From contig CM022677.1 in assembly GCA_012295275.1 (NCBI GenBank), positions 21,328,001 to 21,392,000 of the forward strand: a DNA stretch of 64,000 nucleotides, in the 5' to 3' direction. Position 1 is the stretch's first letter. Each line of letters begins with the position of its first letter. The position numbers were made by a program, and so were the translations under genes. Under the pieces are notes generated by a model. That model ran no database searches and was not told the origin of the DNA. It was given only the letters and a program-made list of their open reading frames with translations. Source of the stretch: Chrysomallon squamiferum. Taxonomy: Eukaryota; Animalia; Mollusca. Shown one piece after another: positions 1 through 35,349 of this stretch.

Positions 1-373
1 TTCTTATAACGTTCGCGTTTTATTGTCGTTCGTCGCGTTGGTTTTGCTTGCCTTGGGATCGCAGAATTCCCGGACTGCGGGGCAAAAACAAAAAAAAAAA
101 AAACCTGAGGTTTTAAGTTTTTCTCATTCTTTAAAGAACTGCGGGACTACGTGCGAACTGGGACGGGAAATCAACGGTTAGTAGTTTTAGATAATTGTAT
201 TTATTTTAGTAATTTTTTTGTGTCATGTTTGTCGAGATGGTACGAAAGTAACGGGTGGGAGTTATAGGTTGTTAGTCGTAAAATGTTGTGTTTATTTATT
301 TATTTGTTTGTTTGTTTTTGTTTGTTTGTTTGTTTATCTATTCATTTGTGTATTTGTTTGTTGGTTTCTTCGT

Positions 374-412
<39 letters not shown>

Positions 413-658
413 TTTGTTTATTTGACTGTCTGTTTATTTATTCATTTATTTATTAGTTTATTTATTTGTTTGCTTATTAGTTTATTTATTTGTTTATTTA
501 TTCATTCATTCATTTATTTCTTATTTCTTATCATTGTTGTCGTTATTGTTGTTGTTACTGTTCTTATTTTTACCAGTTGCAGTTTCATTGTTGTTTTGTT
601 TTTCTTCGTATTATTATTGCTAACGTTGTTCTTGTTGTTATTAATGATTGTGGTAACA

Positions 659-832
<174 letters not shown>

Positions 833-1310
833 CTGTTGTACTTCATTGCATTGTTGTTGTTATATCGAAGATATAAAACTGCAAGAAGTGAGAAAAAAAA
901 GAATAAAAAGCAAAAACATTTGGCACCGAAACCAAAGGGTTTAAATTCATTACACTGTAAATTGTAGAGTTCAGACACAACTAAAAAAATAAAAAATATA
1001 AAAATTACTTCTTTTTTTTTTTTTTTTTTTTTTTAATTCTGCACAGAATGACATAAGTTGCTCACTGAAAATTTAATGCTATTTAATTTCTCTCCTATGC
1101 TGGTTTTATTTATCTTAGTTTTGTAGCAGTATTTTATATATATCTGTATCTGATTACCTGTCTATTCATATACACTTCTGTTTTGAAAGATACAGTTATT
1201 AAATATTCATTACTGTTTAATTTCTTTTTCTGTGTTGATTTCATTTATGTTAGTATTGTTATCCTAAACTTTCTACGTAATAAATAAATAAACACACACA
1301 CACACAAACA

Positions 1311-1359
<49 letters not shown>

Positions 1360-1367
1360 TATGACCA

Positions 1368-1450
<83 letters not shown>

Positions 1451-1742
1451 GTATTTGTTTATTTACTCATTTATTTATTTACTTATTTATTTATTTCTGT
1501 AAATTGCGGGAGAGTTTGGGGGGATTTTAGTGTTTGATGGAATGTAAAACATGAAAGTTAATTGTATTTATTTTGTTACTTGAAATTTATGACTTGAAAG
1601 TTATGTATGTAACTGTAGTTCAGAAAGTAAGAGTCACTGACTATAAAATTACTTATTTGTTTATTATAATAAGTGTATTGATTTGTCAGTTTTTATGAGA
1701 CGTGGTAACGATTACCTTTTTATATAATTACATATATACATA

Positions 1743-1793
<51 letters not shown>

Positions 1794-2061
1794 CATTATA
1801 AATGTGTTTAGATTGTGTCTATAAATGTAAGTCACGTGGTCAGTTTGAAACAGAACACTTTTTTTAAGTGATTAATACAAGAAATAAACACATAAAAACA
1901 TTTTTTTTTTTATTCTGTTTAGAAAGATATAGTTTACTCATTAAATATTCTTTTCTATGTTAATATTGTTATCATTAATAAATAATTTACTTAATAAATA
2001 AATAAACAAACAAAGAAAAAAGAGATAGTCGAACATATAGCTAGAAAGATAAACAGATGCA

Positions 2062-2209
<148 letters not shown>

Positions 2210-2274
2210 CAGAGAGAGAGAGAGAAAGAGAGACAGACAGATAGACAGAGAGACAGAGAGAGAGACAGATAGAC

Positions 2275-2375
<101 letters not shown>

Positions 2376-3574
2376 GAGAGATAAACTGAAAGATTTTCAA
2401 AATGACTGTCAAGTCTTGTTGAGTCTGCACTTAATTGTATTCTGAACATGTAAACAATATTTTTTCAAGAAACATAATTTATTTAACTGAACTTTTCACA
2501 CACCACAGACGACAAAAAACTTGAGTCCTGTTTGATAAAAAAATCTCTTTAAAAAGCTGAACAAAAAAATAGTGAATAAATAATATAAAAACACCACTTT
2601 CGTGCAGCAGTTTTCGTTCACATTATTTTCTCTAACAGACAGAAAGAGACAGAGATTTAAAGACACCCTGACAGATTGTCAGTAGATTTATGTAGGTAGG
2701 TGTGTGTGTAGGTAGGTAGATTGTATATAGGTAGGTAGGTATTTGTGTAGGTAGGTAGGTAGATATGTGTGTAGGTAGGTAGATTGTATATAGGTAGGTA
2801 GGTAGATAGATAGACGGATGGTCAGTTACACTGAAAGACAGAGAGACAGACAGACACATAAGCACTAGTGTTAATTATTACAAATATTATTTTAATGTTG
2901 TTTTTCTTCTTTTTTTTTGTGTTTTCGGTTTAATAATAATAATAATAATAATAATAAATATAATAACAGTAATGAATGTATGTAGGTTAATATTATTTGT
3001 GTTTGCATGTATATATGTATACTAATATGTACGGATGTATCTATATGATTGTGTATATCTGTATGTATGTACGTATGTATATTAGAAGCTAAGTACGACT
3101 TAAAACACGTCGTATTTGAGTATTAAATCTTAGAACTTGGAAATATATATACTGTTTTGTTTTCATATTTTTTGTTCTTTTATTTTTCATTTCTTTTTTG
3201 TTTTCTTCTTTTTATTACCTAGTTTGTTCGTTTTTTTTTTTTTTTTTTTTTTTTTTTTTGAACTTTCAAATACATTATGATGGGATTTTTTCATGTCAGT
3301 ATTAACTGTCTTAGAAGATTTAAAATAATGAACCAGTGAACTTTGAAATAAAGTAGAAACCAGTTTGACTGATTTCACGTGATTGACTGTAATGAACAAA
3401 CTGAACTTTGAAATACAGCACGGACTAGTGTTACGCTTTTCAAATACCATTGTTATTCCCCCAGATATCGTTTCAATTACGTTTCCTGCTGCCAGAATAT
3501 TTCTGTAAATAGGCCAAAGTACGTTTTATAATGAATGTGTTACGCTATATACAGCCTGATTTATATTATATACA

Positions 3575-3915
3575 GTATGAATCATGTTATGTACAGCCTG
3601 AATTACCTTGTTATGCAGCCTGAATATTCTGAATAAAGCCTGAATTACGTTATAAATCGCCTGAATTACGTTATATACAATCTGAATTACGTTATATACA
3701 ATCTGAATTACGTTATATACAATCTGAATTACGTTATATACAGTCTGAATAACGTTATATGCAGCGTGAATTACGTTATATAGAGTCTGAATTACGTTAT
3801 TATACAGTCTGAATTACGTTATATACAGCGTGAATTACGTTATATACAGCGTGAATTACGTTATATACTACCTGAATTTTGTTATAGGTCTGAATAACGT
3901 TAAATGCAGCCTAAA
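3575..3915 (+). repeat. ~21-bp minisatellite (CTGAATTACGTTATATACAGT)
   Basis: Tandem copies directly visible, with degenerate flanks. Confidence 0.9.
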
Positions 3916-4005
3916 TTGCATAATGATACCGCGACAAAGTCATTTATGTCGCCAGACAACTGTTATAATAAAACGGCCAAAATTATGTCTCGCAAGAATA
4001 CCGTT

Positions 4006-4049
<44 letters not shown>

Positions 4050-4120
4050 ACACATAAACACACACACCGTTTTATGTGCATATACGCTGAATTCAATTAT
4101 TTACCTCATTAATAACGTTT

Positions 4121-4206
<86 letters not shown>

Positions 4207-4269
4207 ATACGTAGAACGGATTTCATGCGCTATACAACGGTGATTAGGCTATATGCAGCGTTAATTCTG

Positions 4270-4300
<31 letters not shown>

Positions 4301-4569
4301 CGTATAACCTAATCACCGTCGTATATCGCTTGAAGTCCGTTCTACGTCGCAAGCAAAACCGTTACGTTCCGCAAGAAGACTGCCCCGAATCTCCTAAACA
4401 CCCGTTACAAAGCCACTGAATACCGCTATACCTCGCCTTAATACCCGTTATACCTCGCCTGAATAGCGCTGACAAGAGAAGAATAGCCCAGTGAATTAAT
4501 TCTGTGTTCAACAGCTGCGCATGTGTGTTTATGAAGTGAATTTTATCACTCGAGTTCACATTACGGTGA

Positions 4570-5200
4570 CCGGTCAAACAGTTTCGCTTCAGATTAAGCG
4601 ATACTGAGGGGGCCCTTCTTGGGATCGTTTGTATTATTAAAAAAAAAAAAATAGTATTATGTTTATGGTTTAGCTATGGTTACAGGTCAAATAATTTTGG
4701 ATTTTGTGAAAAGCAAATGAAGAGGCCCTTTTAGGGATCTTTATAATATAAAGTTTAGTTTTATTTTATTTTATAGAATAGAATAGCGATACAAGGGGCA
4801 CTTTATGGGATCTTTATAATACAAAATAGTTTTATATTTAGCATTATTTATGGGTTACCTGTCAAACAATTTCAATTTACAATAGCAATACAAGGGGCCC
4901 TTTTTGGGATAAAATAGTTTTATATCTATGACATGGAATGTTTTATAGTATAAAAGTAAACGTTTTATTTAAATGGCGATCGGTCAAATAGATTAGCTTT
5001 AAGAGGGGCCCGCTCTGGGATCTTCATAATTATAAGTAGTTTACGGTCATGGATCAAATAGTTTTAATTAAGATGGCTGTAGAAGAGGCCACTTTGGGGA
5101 TTTTTTTAAATAAATTAGTTTTATGTTCGTTTCTGTAGTAAATCTTGGTTTTAGATTAGTGGTACAAGGGGCCCCATTTGGGATGTATGTAATAATAAAT
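4570..5200 (+). repeat. Diverged ~70-115-bp tandem repeat with core A(G)GGGCCC-T-rich-GGGATC
   Basis: About 7 cores near 4606, 4720, 4791, 4891, 5002, 5083 and 5165, with recurring GGTCAAA and TAGTTT motifs. Confidence 0.7.
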
Positions 5201-5680
5201 AATTTTTGTTTAAGATTATCTCAACTGACCAATCAAACAATTTTTTTTTTAACAACAACAAAAACTACTGATGATATCTCTGCTTCTATAATAACTACCG
5301 CATCTACTACTAGAAACAGACTCACTATACCACGGCAACAGTTACTGCTACTACAACTACTATACCACCACCACCACAATTTTACTAAAACATTTTTTTT
5401 TTTTTCAATTTAATGATTTTTTTATTTTTATTTTTATTTTTTATTTTTTTATTTTTTTTTGCTCTGATTTAGTATGTATATAATTATAAATATATTTTCT
5501 ACTCTTCTGATATCTGTTCCCTCAGTCACCATCCGTACTAACATTAATGTCTGTAATGTGCACATCAGTCTGTACTGTATCGTCTGTTCTACTGATGTCT
5601 GTTGCCTGGTTCTGTTCTGTTGTTAATATACGTGGACTGTAAATCAGACTAGACTGTGCACGTGTTCCGTTTTCTTACAG

Positions 5681-14872
<9,192 letters not shown>

Positions 14873-16107
14873 CAGATATACACCCTAAAGAACTAAAAAT
14901 CAATTTAAAAAAAAATAAATAAATAAAATAAAATAAAAAATCACAAAAAAAAAAAAAAAAAAAAAAAAAAACATAGATAAAAGTAACATTTTGGAATATA
15001 ATGATGCAAAAAGAAAAAAGACAGAAGCAAATGTTTCTGGTCATTATACAGTCCAGAATAATTCCATATTGTAAAAATGCATACTCATGTTAACACACAC
15101 ATACACACACGCATACGCACGCACGCACAAACACGTGTTGCCGTCCATGTTTTATCCATCTCATTACGCCAATTTTTTTTTTTTTTTTTTTTTTTTTATT
15201 CATGTATTCATTTTGCAATGTCTGTTTTCAGTGTCTCTTCAATATGCAATATCAAAATTATAAAACATAATTATAGCTTCTCAAAATATATTACCATAGA
15301 TTTCCTGTACTGTTTATTTATATATAAAAAAAAATAATAATAATAATAATATATATATTTGTAATGTAACATGAGTCTGCCATCAGTTTACAGTTTGTCT
15401 TTAAAAATTATGAAGTGTTTATACAATACCATCCTTCTTGTAAAGCCTATTAAAACATGTATTTATTTATCTTTTCTTACACTTAATAAAAAACACAGAC
15501 ACATATATTTTATATATCTAAGGAGGTGTGTAATAACATAGATATCAGTGACAGTATATTCAAGAATGTGGTACACACCCAAAAACACACACACGCACGC
15601 ACGAACGCACACTGATTTAAAGAATACAATGGCGCCAAATATATATGCATCTATGTGGTGATGCTAATAATAATAATAATAATAAAATACGAAACAATAT
15701 CTCTAGCAAACGTTCACTGATATTCATTTCCATAAGGTGAACATGTCATATTAAATATTCAATATACTTATCATGAACAAGTATAATATTGCTCTTTTTT
15801 TTTTCCATTTCTTTAATTATTCAATATTCTCTTTATGAAACATATTATTTCTATTTTTATTATTTTCATTTTTTTCTTTTTCTCTTTTTTTTATTTTTTT
15901 TTTTTTTCTCTCTCTCTCATATACGCAATTATCAATATATCATGTATAGATCTTGTCAAAAATATGTTACTAACTACGTTTAAGAAAAATATATATTCTT
16001 AAATAAAACGAAACGAAATAACTATTAACTTATCATATAATCTGGATACAGTTTGTAATTCGCCAAATAAACTTTGTTTTCTTTAAATAATAATAATAAT
16101 AATAATA

Positions 16108-16145
<38 letters not shown>

Positions 16146-16320
16146 AATCCTAACAATGATAATAAATACTTTACGTATGCTATTCATTTATATAATTTTA
16201 TTTTATTTATTTTTTTTTATTTTTTATAATATACATTTAAAACTGTGATATCTTTATATGCATAAATATTGTTCTCATAAAAAAAAAAATGTGTTTGTTG
16301 TTTATTGTTTAGGTTTTTGC

Positions 16321-16383
<63 letters not shown>

Positions 16384-16479
16384 ATCCCTCACTTTCCTGC
16401 GCGATGTTAAGTTCCAAGCTTACGGAATTGGCCGAAACAAATTTGTGATCAACGTCATCAAGAAATGCCTGTTCTGCTT

Positions 16480-16620
16480 CCTCTGACGTCATCAATCGAT
16501 TACAATGTCTACTGTAAACAGAATTCACCAGTTTCTGAATTTCTGTCTTAAGATATATCTTACAGTTTCTTAGAATAAACAAATGTCTTTCAGTCTTCCT
16601 CTTTAATATATGAGGTGAGT
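16480..16620 (+). promoter_or_regulatory. Putative promoter / non-coding first exon of paralogue 2
   Basis: CRE TGACGTCA at 16484-16491, forkhead-type GTAAACA at 16514-16520, strong donor GAG|GTGAGT at 16615; matching acceptor tttcag| at 17274 just upstream of ATG 17319. Confidence 0.4.
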
Positions 16621-17173
16621 AATTAAATTAATCACAAAACAGAAGATCGAATAAAACAGAAAAAACGACATTTATTTTCAATTTACTTACAAACATTAGT
16701 TTGTCTTCTAGCGTAGTCTCAAAACCAGAGTCAAAAATAAATCGTGAACTCGTTCAAAAACAGGCAACATACGTTGACAGAGATACTTCAAGCAGAATAT
16801 TAACACCAACATTAAAAACACGTTCACACAGACAAACAAACAAATACACACATAAACACAATCGTACATACATAAACAAACAAAAACGTGTGTAAATTCC
16901 AAGCTTTAAAAAGAAAAGCAACATATTTTATCCAGTGAAAATTGCAGTCTTTTAAAAAGTCTTGTTTTGTTTTCTTTTTGTTGTCGTTGCTGCTGTTGTT
17001 GTTTGTCTTTGTTGTGTTTATTTTTTATTGTTTTTTTGTGTTGTTCTTTTTATGCGTTTTTGTTTTGCTGTTGTTGGGGGGGGTGTTTTTGGGGGGGTGG
17101 TCATTGTTACTGTTGTTATATAGTTTATTTATTTACCACTGCTACTACTAGTAATACTACTACTGCTAGTACG

Positions 17174-17231
<58 letters not shown>

Positions 17232-17318
17232 GAAATAGCCTTCTGCCCACTAAGAAACCTCATTTTGATTTCAGAATTTTGATGTCATCACGCAGATAGA
17301 TGAGAAATAAAAATAAAA

Positions 17319-29953
<12,635 letters not shown>

Positions 29954-30024
29954 AGATAATTCTAGAAAATATCAAAGTCGTTTTAGTAGCAACAGAATCG
30001 TAGAAACAGTGGGAAGATAACTCT

Positions 30025-30165
30025 GTTAACATAAACGTATTTACATAAACGTATTAACAAACGTATTAACATAAACGTATTAACGTAAACGTATTAGCAT
30101 AAACGTATTAACATAAACGTATTAACATAAATGTATTAACATAAACGTATTAACATAAACGTATT
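30025..30165 (+). repeat. 14-bp minisatellite (TAACATAAACGTAT) in the 3' UTR region of paralogue 2
   Basis: About 10 tandem copies. Confidence 0.9.
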
Positions 30166-30686
30166 CAATGGGTTCAAGAAAATAATAATCAAAATTTAAA
30201 AAAAAAAAAAAAATGATGGAATGAACAAAATTAGTTTGAGCTCCTGGTAAAGGTTTATGAGAGATGTAAGAAGATCAAAAATTAAAATAAATTGATACGT
30301 TATAATTATTACATCAGAAAATATCCATTACATCGTCGAGGGCATGGATGAGTAATTTTAAATGTTTGATAATACTAATGTAATAATAATATGGATAGAA
30401 TTGTAATTCAAAATTCAAAATTTCCTGAAGCCAGCTAGAGTCTGAATGTGTCTGTATAAGTAATAATTTAGATAATTCAGAACAGTTGTGAGTGTATTAA
30501 GATTATAATGAACATAAATAAATAATTGAGTAATTGAAAATATCGATAATGGTAACAAAACTAAAGAGATGTTGTACATATTTGTGATTTTATTTATTGT
30601 GTGTGAAATGTAATTATCAATTTTTAGCACACATCATCAGTAAATTGATATTCACCATGGAAACTTTTTTTGAATGACGTCATTTT

Positions 30687-30776
<90 letters not shown>

Positions 30777-30836
30777 TTCTACGTTTCAAGGCTATTAATA
30801 ACTGAAACTTTAATCCCAACATTAGTGCGTAATAAC

Positions 30837-30850
30837 GTTGTCATGGTAAC
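30837..30850. promoter_or_regulatory. RFX X-box candidate
   Basis: GTTGTC-AT-GGTAAC fits the ciliary X-box consensus GTHNYY-AT-RRNAAC; just downstream of paralogue 2. Confidence 0.4.
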
Positions 30851-31264
30851 CAACATTGGCCCCAACTCTGGATACACATGTATATAATTATCCGTAAGGA
30901 CGAAAGTGGGCGTGGAAACAAAAGGAGAATTTGCATAATTTATTATAATGTAGTAAAAGTAATATATGTTGTCTAATGAATAATTCAAGAGTCTTTACCA
31001 CTTATGGAACATTTGATAAATACGCATTTTTTTTTTTTTGTGTTGTTATCTGAAATGTGTTTTTAGCATTTTTATTGTACATTCTAGTGTCTAAATGATA
31101 TACACTATGTGAACGTTTGATAATATTTATTTTTATATAGATGTATTTATTGAAAGATATTTATGAACGGTAATCTGTTGTCTGTTTTTTTTTTAATCGC
31201 TAAATTTGTATGTTTATTTTTGTCATGTTAGTATCTGTTATGTATTTGTGTTATTATCTTTAGT

Positions 31265-31298
<34 letters not shown>

Positions 31299-31752
31299 TT
31301 CTGACTTTTTATTTAATTATTTACTGTTACCATTTCTTACCTTTCCTGTTTATTTATTTATTCATTCATTTAATTTTATATATATTTTTTTTATTTCAAT
31401 ATTATTTTTTAATTATTTCTTATTCTTGTTTATCTTTCCTCTCTATGTATGCATGTATGTATTATTATTTTTTTTTTTTTTTATTTATTAAAAATTATTA
31501 TTATTTTCTATAATTTTTGTTGCCGCCTTCATTGTTTTCAGTTAGACTATTTCTGTTTATAGATGTTATGATTTTATGTACCTGTTTCTCTTTGTATGCG
31601 TCTGTACGTTTCTGTGTACACACGCACGCACACACACACACAGACGCACACACACACACACAGACCATATATATATATATATAAATATATATTTCCACTT
31701 TCATATATACAGTAAGAAGGAGAAAATTAAGAAGTGAATAAACAAAACAACA

Positions 31753-31839
<87 letters not shown>

Positions 31840-32445
31840 GATACACACTAACGCATGCACACACGCAAACACTCAAGCAATGTATATAAAATATATATAT
31901 GTATAAAGCAAATAAATTTCAAAACAAATTAAAATAACAAGAATATGAACCTTCTCTAATAAAATAAAATAACTGTTCACGGAGATTGCATTATAAAAAA
32001 AGTATATAATCCTGTATTATACAAAATTATCATAATAAATAATAAATAAACAGTAAACCATACAAAGCTACAAACCTTGAAGAAATAAAAAAATAATAAT
32101 AATAAAAATGCACAAATTGAAAACACCAGTGCCGGAAACCGATGTATTATATCCGTAGAACGATAAAACAGTTAAATGACGTAATGATGACGTCATGGAA
32201 ACAAAACGAAGTAAAAAAAACGGAATACAACATAAACTAACTGAGATTTAATTCTATTCTGAAACACAATAACTGTCCAAGTGTGTGTATGATTACTGTT
32301 AGGATACTCATTTATATGGAAACTGCATTTGACAGTAAGTAAACTGTAAACATTTTATTTTATATATTTTATTATCTTTGTTTATGTCTTCAGTTTACTT
32401 ACTTATTTATTGGTGTGTTGTTTTATTTTTATTTTTTTTTTTATT

Positions 32446-32482
<37 letters not shown>

Positions 32483-32602
32483 TTTTTGTTGTTGTTTTTA
32501 AATCCTTTTAAAACATTAGTATTTATATTTCATTTAAGCTCTCCATTACGATGACGTCACATAATGAACTAATTTCATTTATTATAATTATTAAATAATA
32601 AA

Positions 32603-32643
<41 letters not shown>

Positions 32644-32669
32644 AAATTGTCTTTTTTTTTTCTTTTTTT

Positions 32670-32715
<46 letters not shown>

Positions 32716-33081
32716 AAAAAAGAATCTAATTATCTATAACGTCATAAATTACGGAAAAAGCCGAAGGCGAAAATCCCAGATTTATTTCTTTCCAAATTTG
32801 CGGGATGACGCAAACAAAAAACAAAACGAAACAACAAAAAATAGTTTTTTTTTTTTTTTTCTTTCTTTAATTCAAACTTTAAAAAAAAAAAAAAAATTAA
32901 TATACATAGATAACATAATCCATTACACAACTCATAAGCAATATGCAAATACAACCCAACATTGTAGTTATACACAGCAATTTGTTGTTTTTTTAGATGG
33001 TTTAAAACAGGCCGTATACAATAGTATAGCGGTTTACAACATACCTTGTTTATAATTTGACGTTATACAACGATAATAAGT

Positions 33082-33170
<89 letters not shown>

Positions 33171-34114
33171 CAGACACACATACACATATATAAACATGTT
33201 TGTACCATGAATAACAATACGTATAGTAAATGAATCAGTGCAATGTACGTTACATGAATAACCTGTTTTTTTATAATTAAAAACGACATTATATTTATTA
33301 AAAGAAAAACATTCTCAAGTTTTACTTGTGAAATCTCTCAACATGAAGCAAAACAGAGTTTTTAAAGTTCAAACAATAAGAAGGTTTAAAGTGTAAAATA
33401 TTAACACAAAATCTTAATGGTTATCAGTTGTGTAAAATGAAATATAAAAATAAACAAACAAAAGTAAAGAGAGGTAAGTAAATTTAAAATATACGTGTGC
33501 GCAATCATCTGAAATATGTAAACAGGAGCATGTTTGTTACGTGTGTGTGTGTGTCTGTGTGTCTGTCTGTAGATAAGTGTACATGAGTACGTGTGAGTAT
33601 TTACGTACGTGTGCGTGTTTATTTATATATTTGTCATGTGTATTTACGTGTACATGTAGGTATGTGTGCGTATGTGTATTTACGTTCATGTGTACTAAAA
33701 TATCTGTATCCATATCAGTGTACATATGTCTGTAGGTGTGTGTGTGTGTGTTTTATCTTGAGCAAAACAGAATTAAAACAAAGACTGTAAGTTAAGACAC
33801 AAAAGTAAAAAATATGGTGATGATCGTAAGTATTAATAATTTAATAATTTTATTTCCAGTTTGTTGTACCTAGTTGTGATTATTAACTTATCTATCATAG
33901 AATTAACTCCCTACTTTTGTCTGTTACACACATTTCTGAAATTTTTCATTGATTTTACTTTTTCTTTTTTCCTGTATTGATCAAAAATAATAATAATAAA
34001 CAAATAACAAATAGATAAAAAAAAAAAAAAAGAAATAACGGACGAAAGAAAAAAGCAACATAAAAATAAATATCACAGACTTTATAAATTATTTATAAAC
34101 TTATTTTTATATAT

Positions 34115-34166
<52 letters not shown>

Positions 34167-34259
34167 TAAGCTAATAATAATAATGACAATGGCTAAAACA
34201 ATAATTATGATGATAACAACAACATCAGGTATTTTTATATCATGATCATGTTAGTATTG

Positions 34260-34319
<60 letters not shown>

Positions 34320-34968
34320 TAGTGGTAGTAGTAATAGAAATAGCAGTAGTGGTAATGGTTGTAGTAGTAGCTACAGCAATGGTAATAATAATTAAAAACT
34401 ACATTTTATATATTTTTAAATATATGTAGTTATATATGTAGTTATAGTAGTAGAAGTAGTAACTAGTAATAGTACTAGTAGTAGTAGTAGTAGTAGTAAA
34501 TAATATTGAGTATATTTATAAAAAGAAATGTACAAGTACATGACAATACTAGTAAGAACAGCAACATAATAATAATAATAATATATAAAGTATATTTTAT
34601 ATTTAAAAATGTACATGTATTTATATACAGAGCAAGCTGTAATGATACTGACAGCGATGGTAACAGTAGCAGTAGTAATAATAGCAACTTAATAATAATA
34701 TACAGCATATATAACAATTTTTCTTTTCTTTTCTTTTTTACATTGAATAGCCTTCAATGATTATGTCACTGATGGCAATAGTAGTAGTAGGATAATGACA
34801 GTGATGGTAATATTACTAGTAATACTAGTAGTAGTAGTAGTAATAGCAACTTAGTAATAATACTAAGTATATGTGTATAAAAAAGTGTCCATGTATATAA
34901 AATATATAAAACATTTACATGGAATAATCCTGTAATGGTAGTGATGGAAGCAGTAGTAGTGGTAGTAA

Positions 34969-35027
<59 letters not shown>

Positions 35028-35239
35028 AAAATAAGCATAGTAAATTCATAAATACAAAGACAGAAACAACAAGACAAAAATACACACATCCTGCAAAAAC
35101 CCATAACAAATATATAATTTTAAAAAATTTTAATATATCAAACTGATAATTTTTATAAAATTTAATATCAAACGTGCAAAGGGAAATAACTCCAAATACA
35201 CTTGCAAGAGGCAACTTGGTGAAAAGAAACAAAATAAAC

Positions 35240-35274
<35 letters not shown>

Positions 35275-35349
35275 GTAACCAGACTAAAAAAAAAAGATGA
35301 AATTAAAATAAATGTTGCAATGGCATGGAAAGGAGGCAGTGGTTAGACA

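Noticed and set aside
3904-4419. 171-aa ORF as the missing 5' exon of paralogue 1
   Set aside because: Made of microsatellites and minisatellite derivatives with no similarity to the paralogue 2 exon 18313-18724. The true 5' exons are probably upstream of the window.
4570-5200. CRISPR-like repeat/spacer appearance (also 22141-22800 and 25090-25690)
   Set aside because: Repeats are degenerate or directly tandem, spacers are related or absent, there are no cas genes, and the context is an intron-rich eukaryote.
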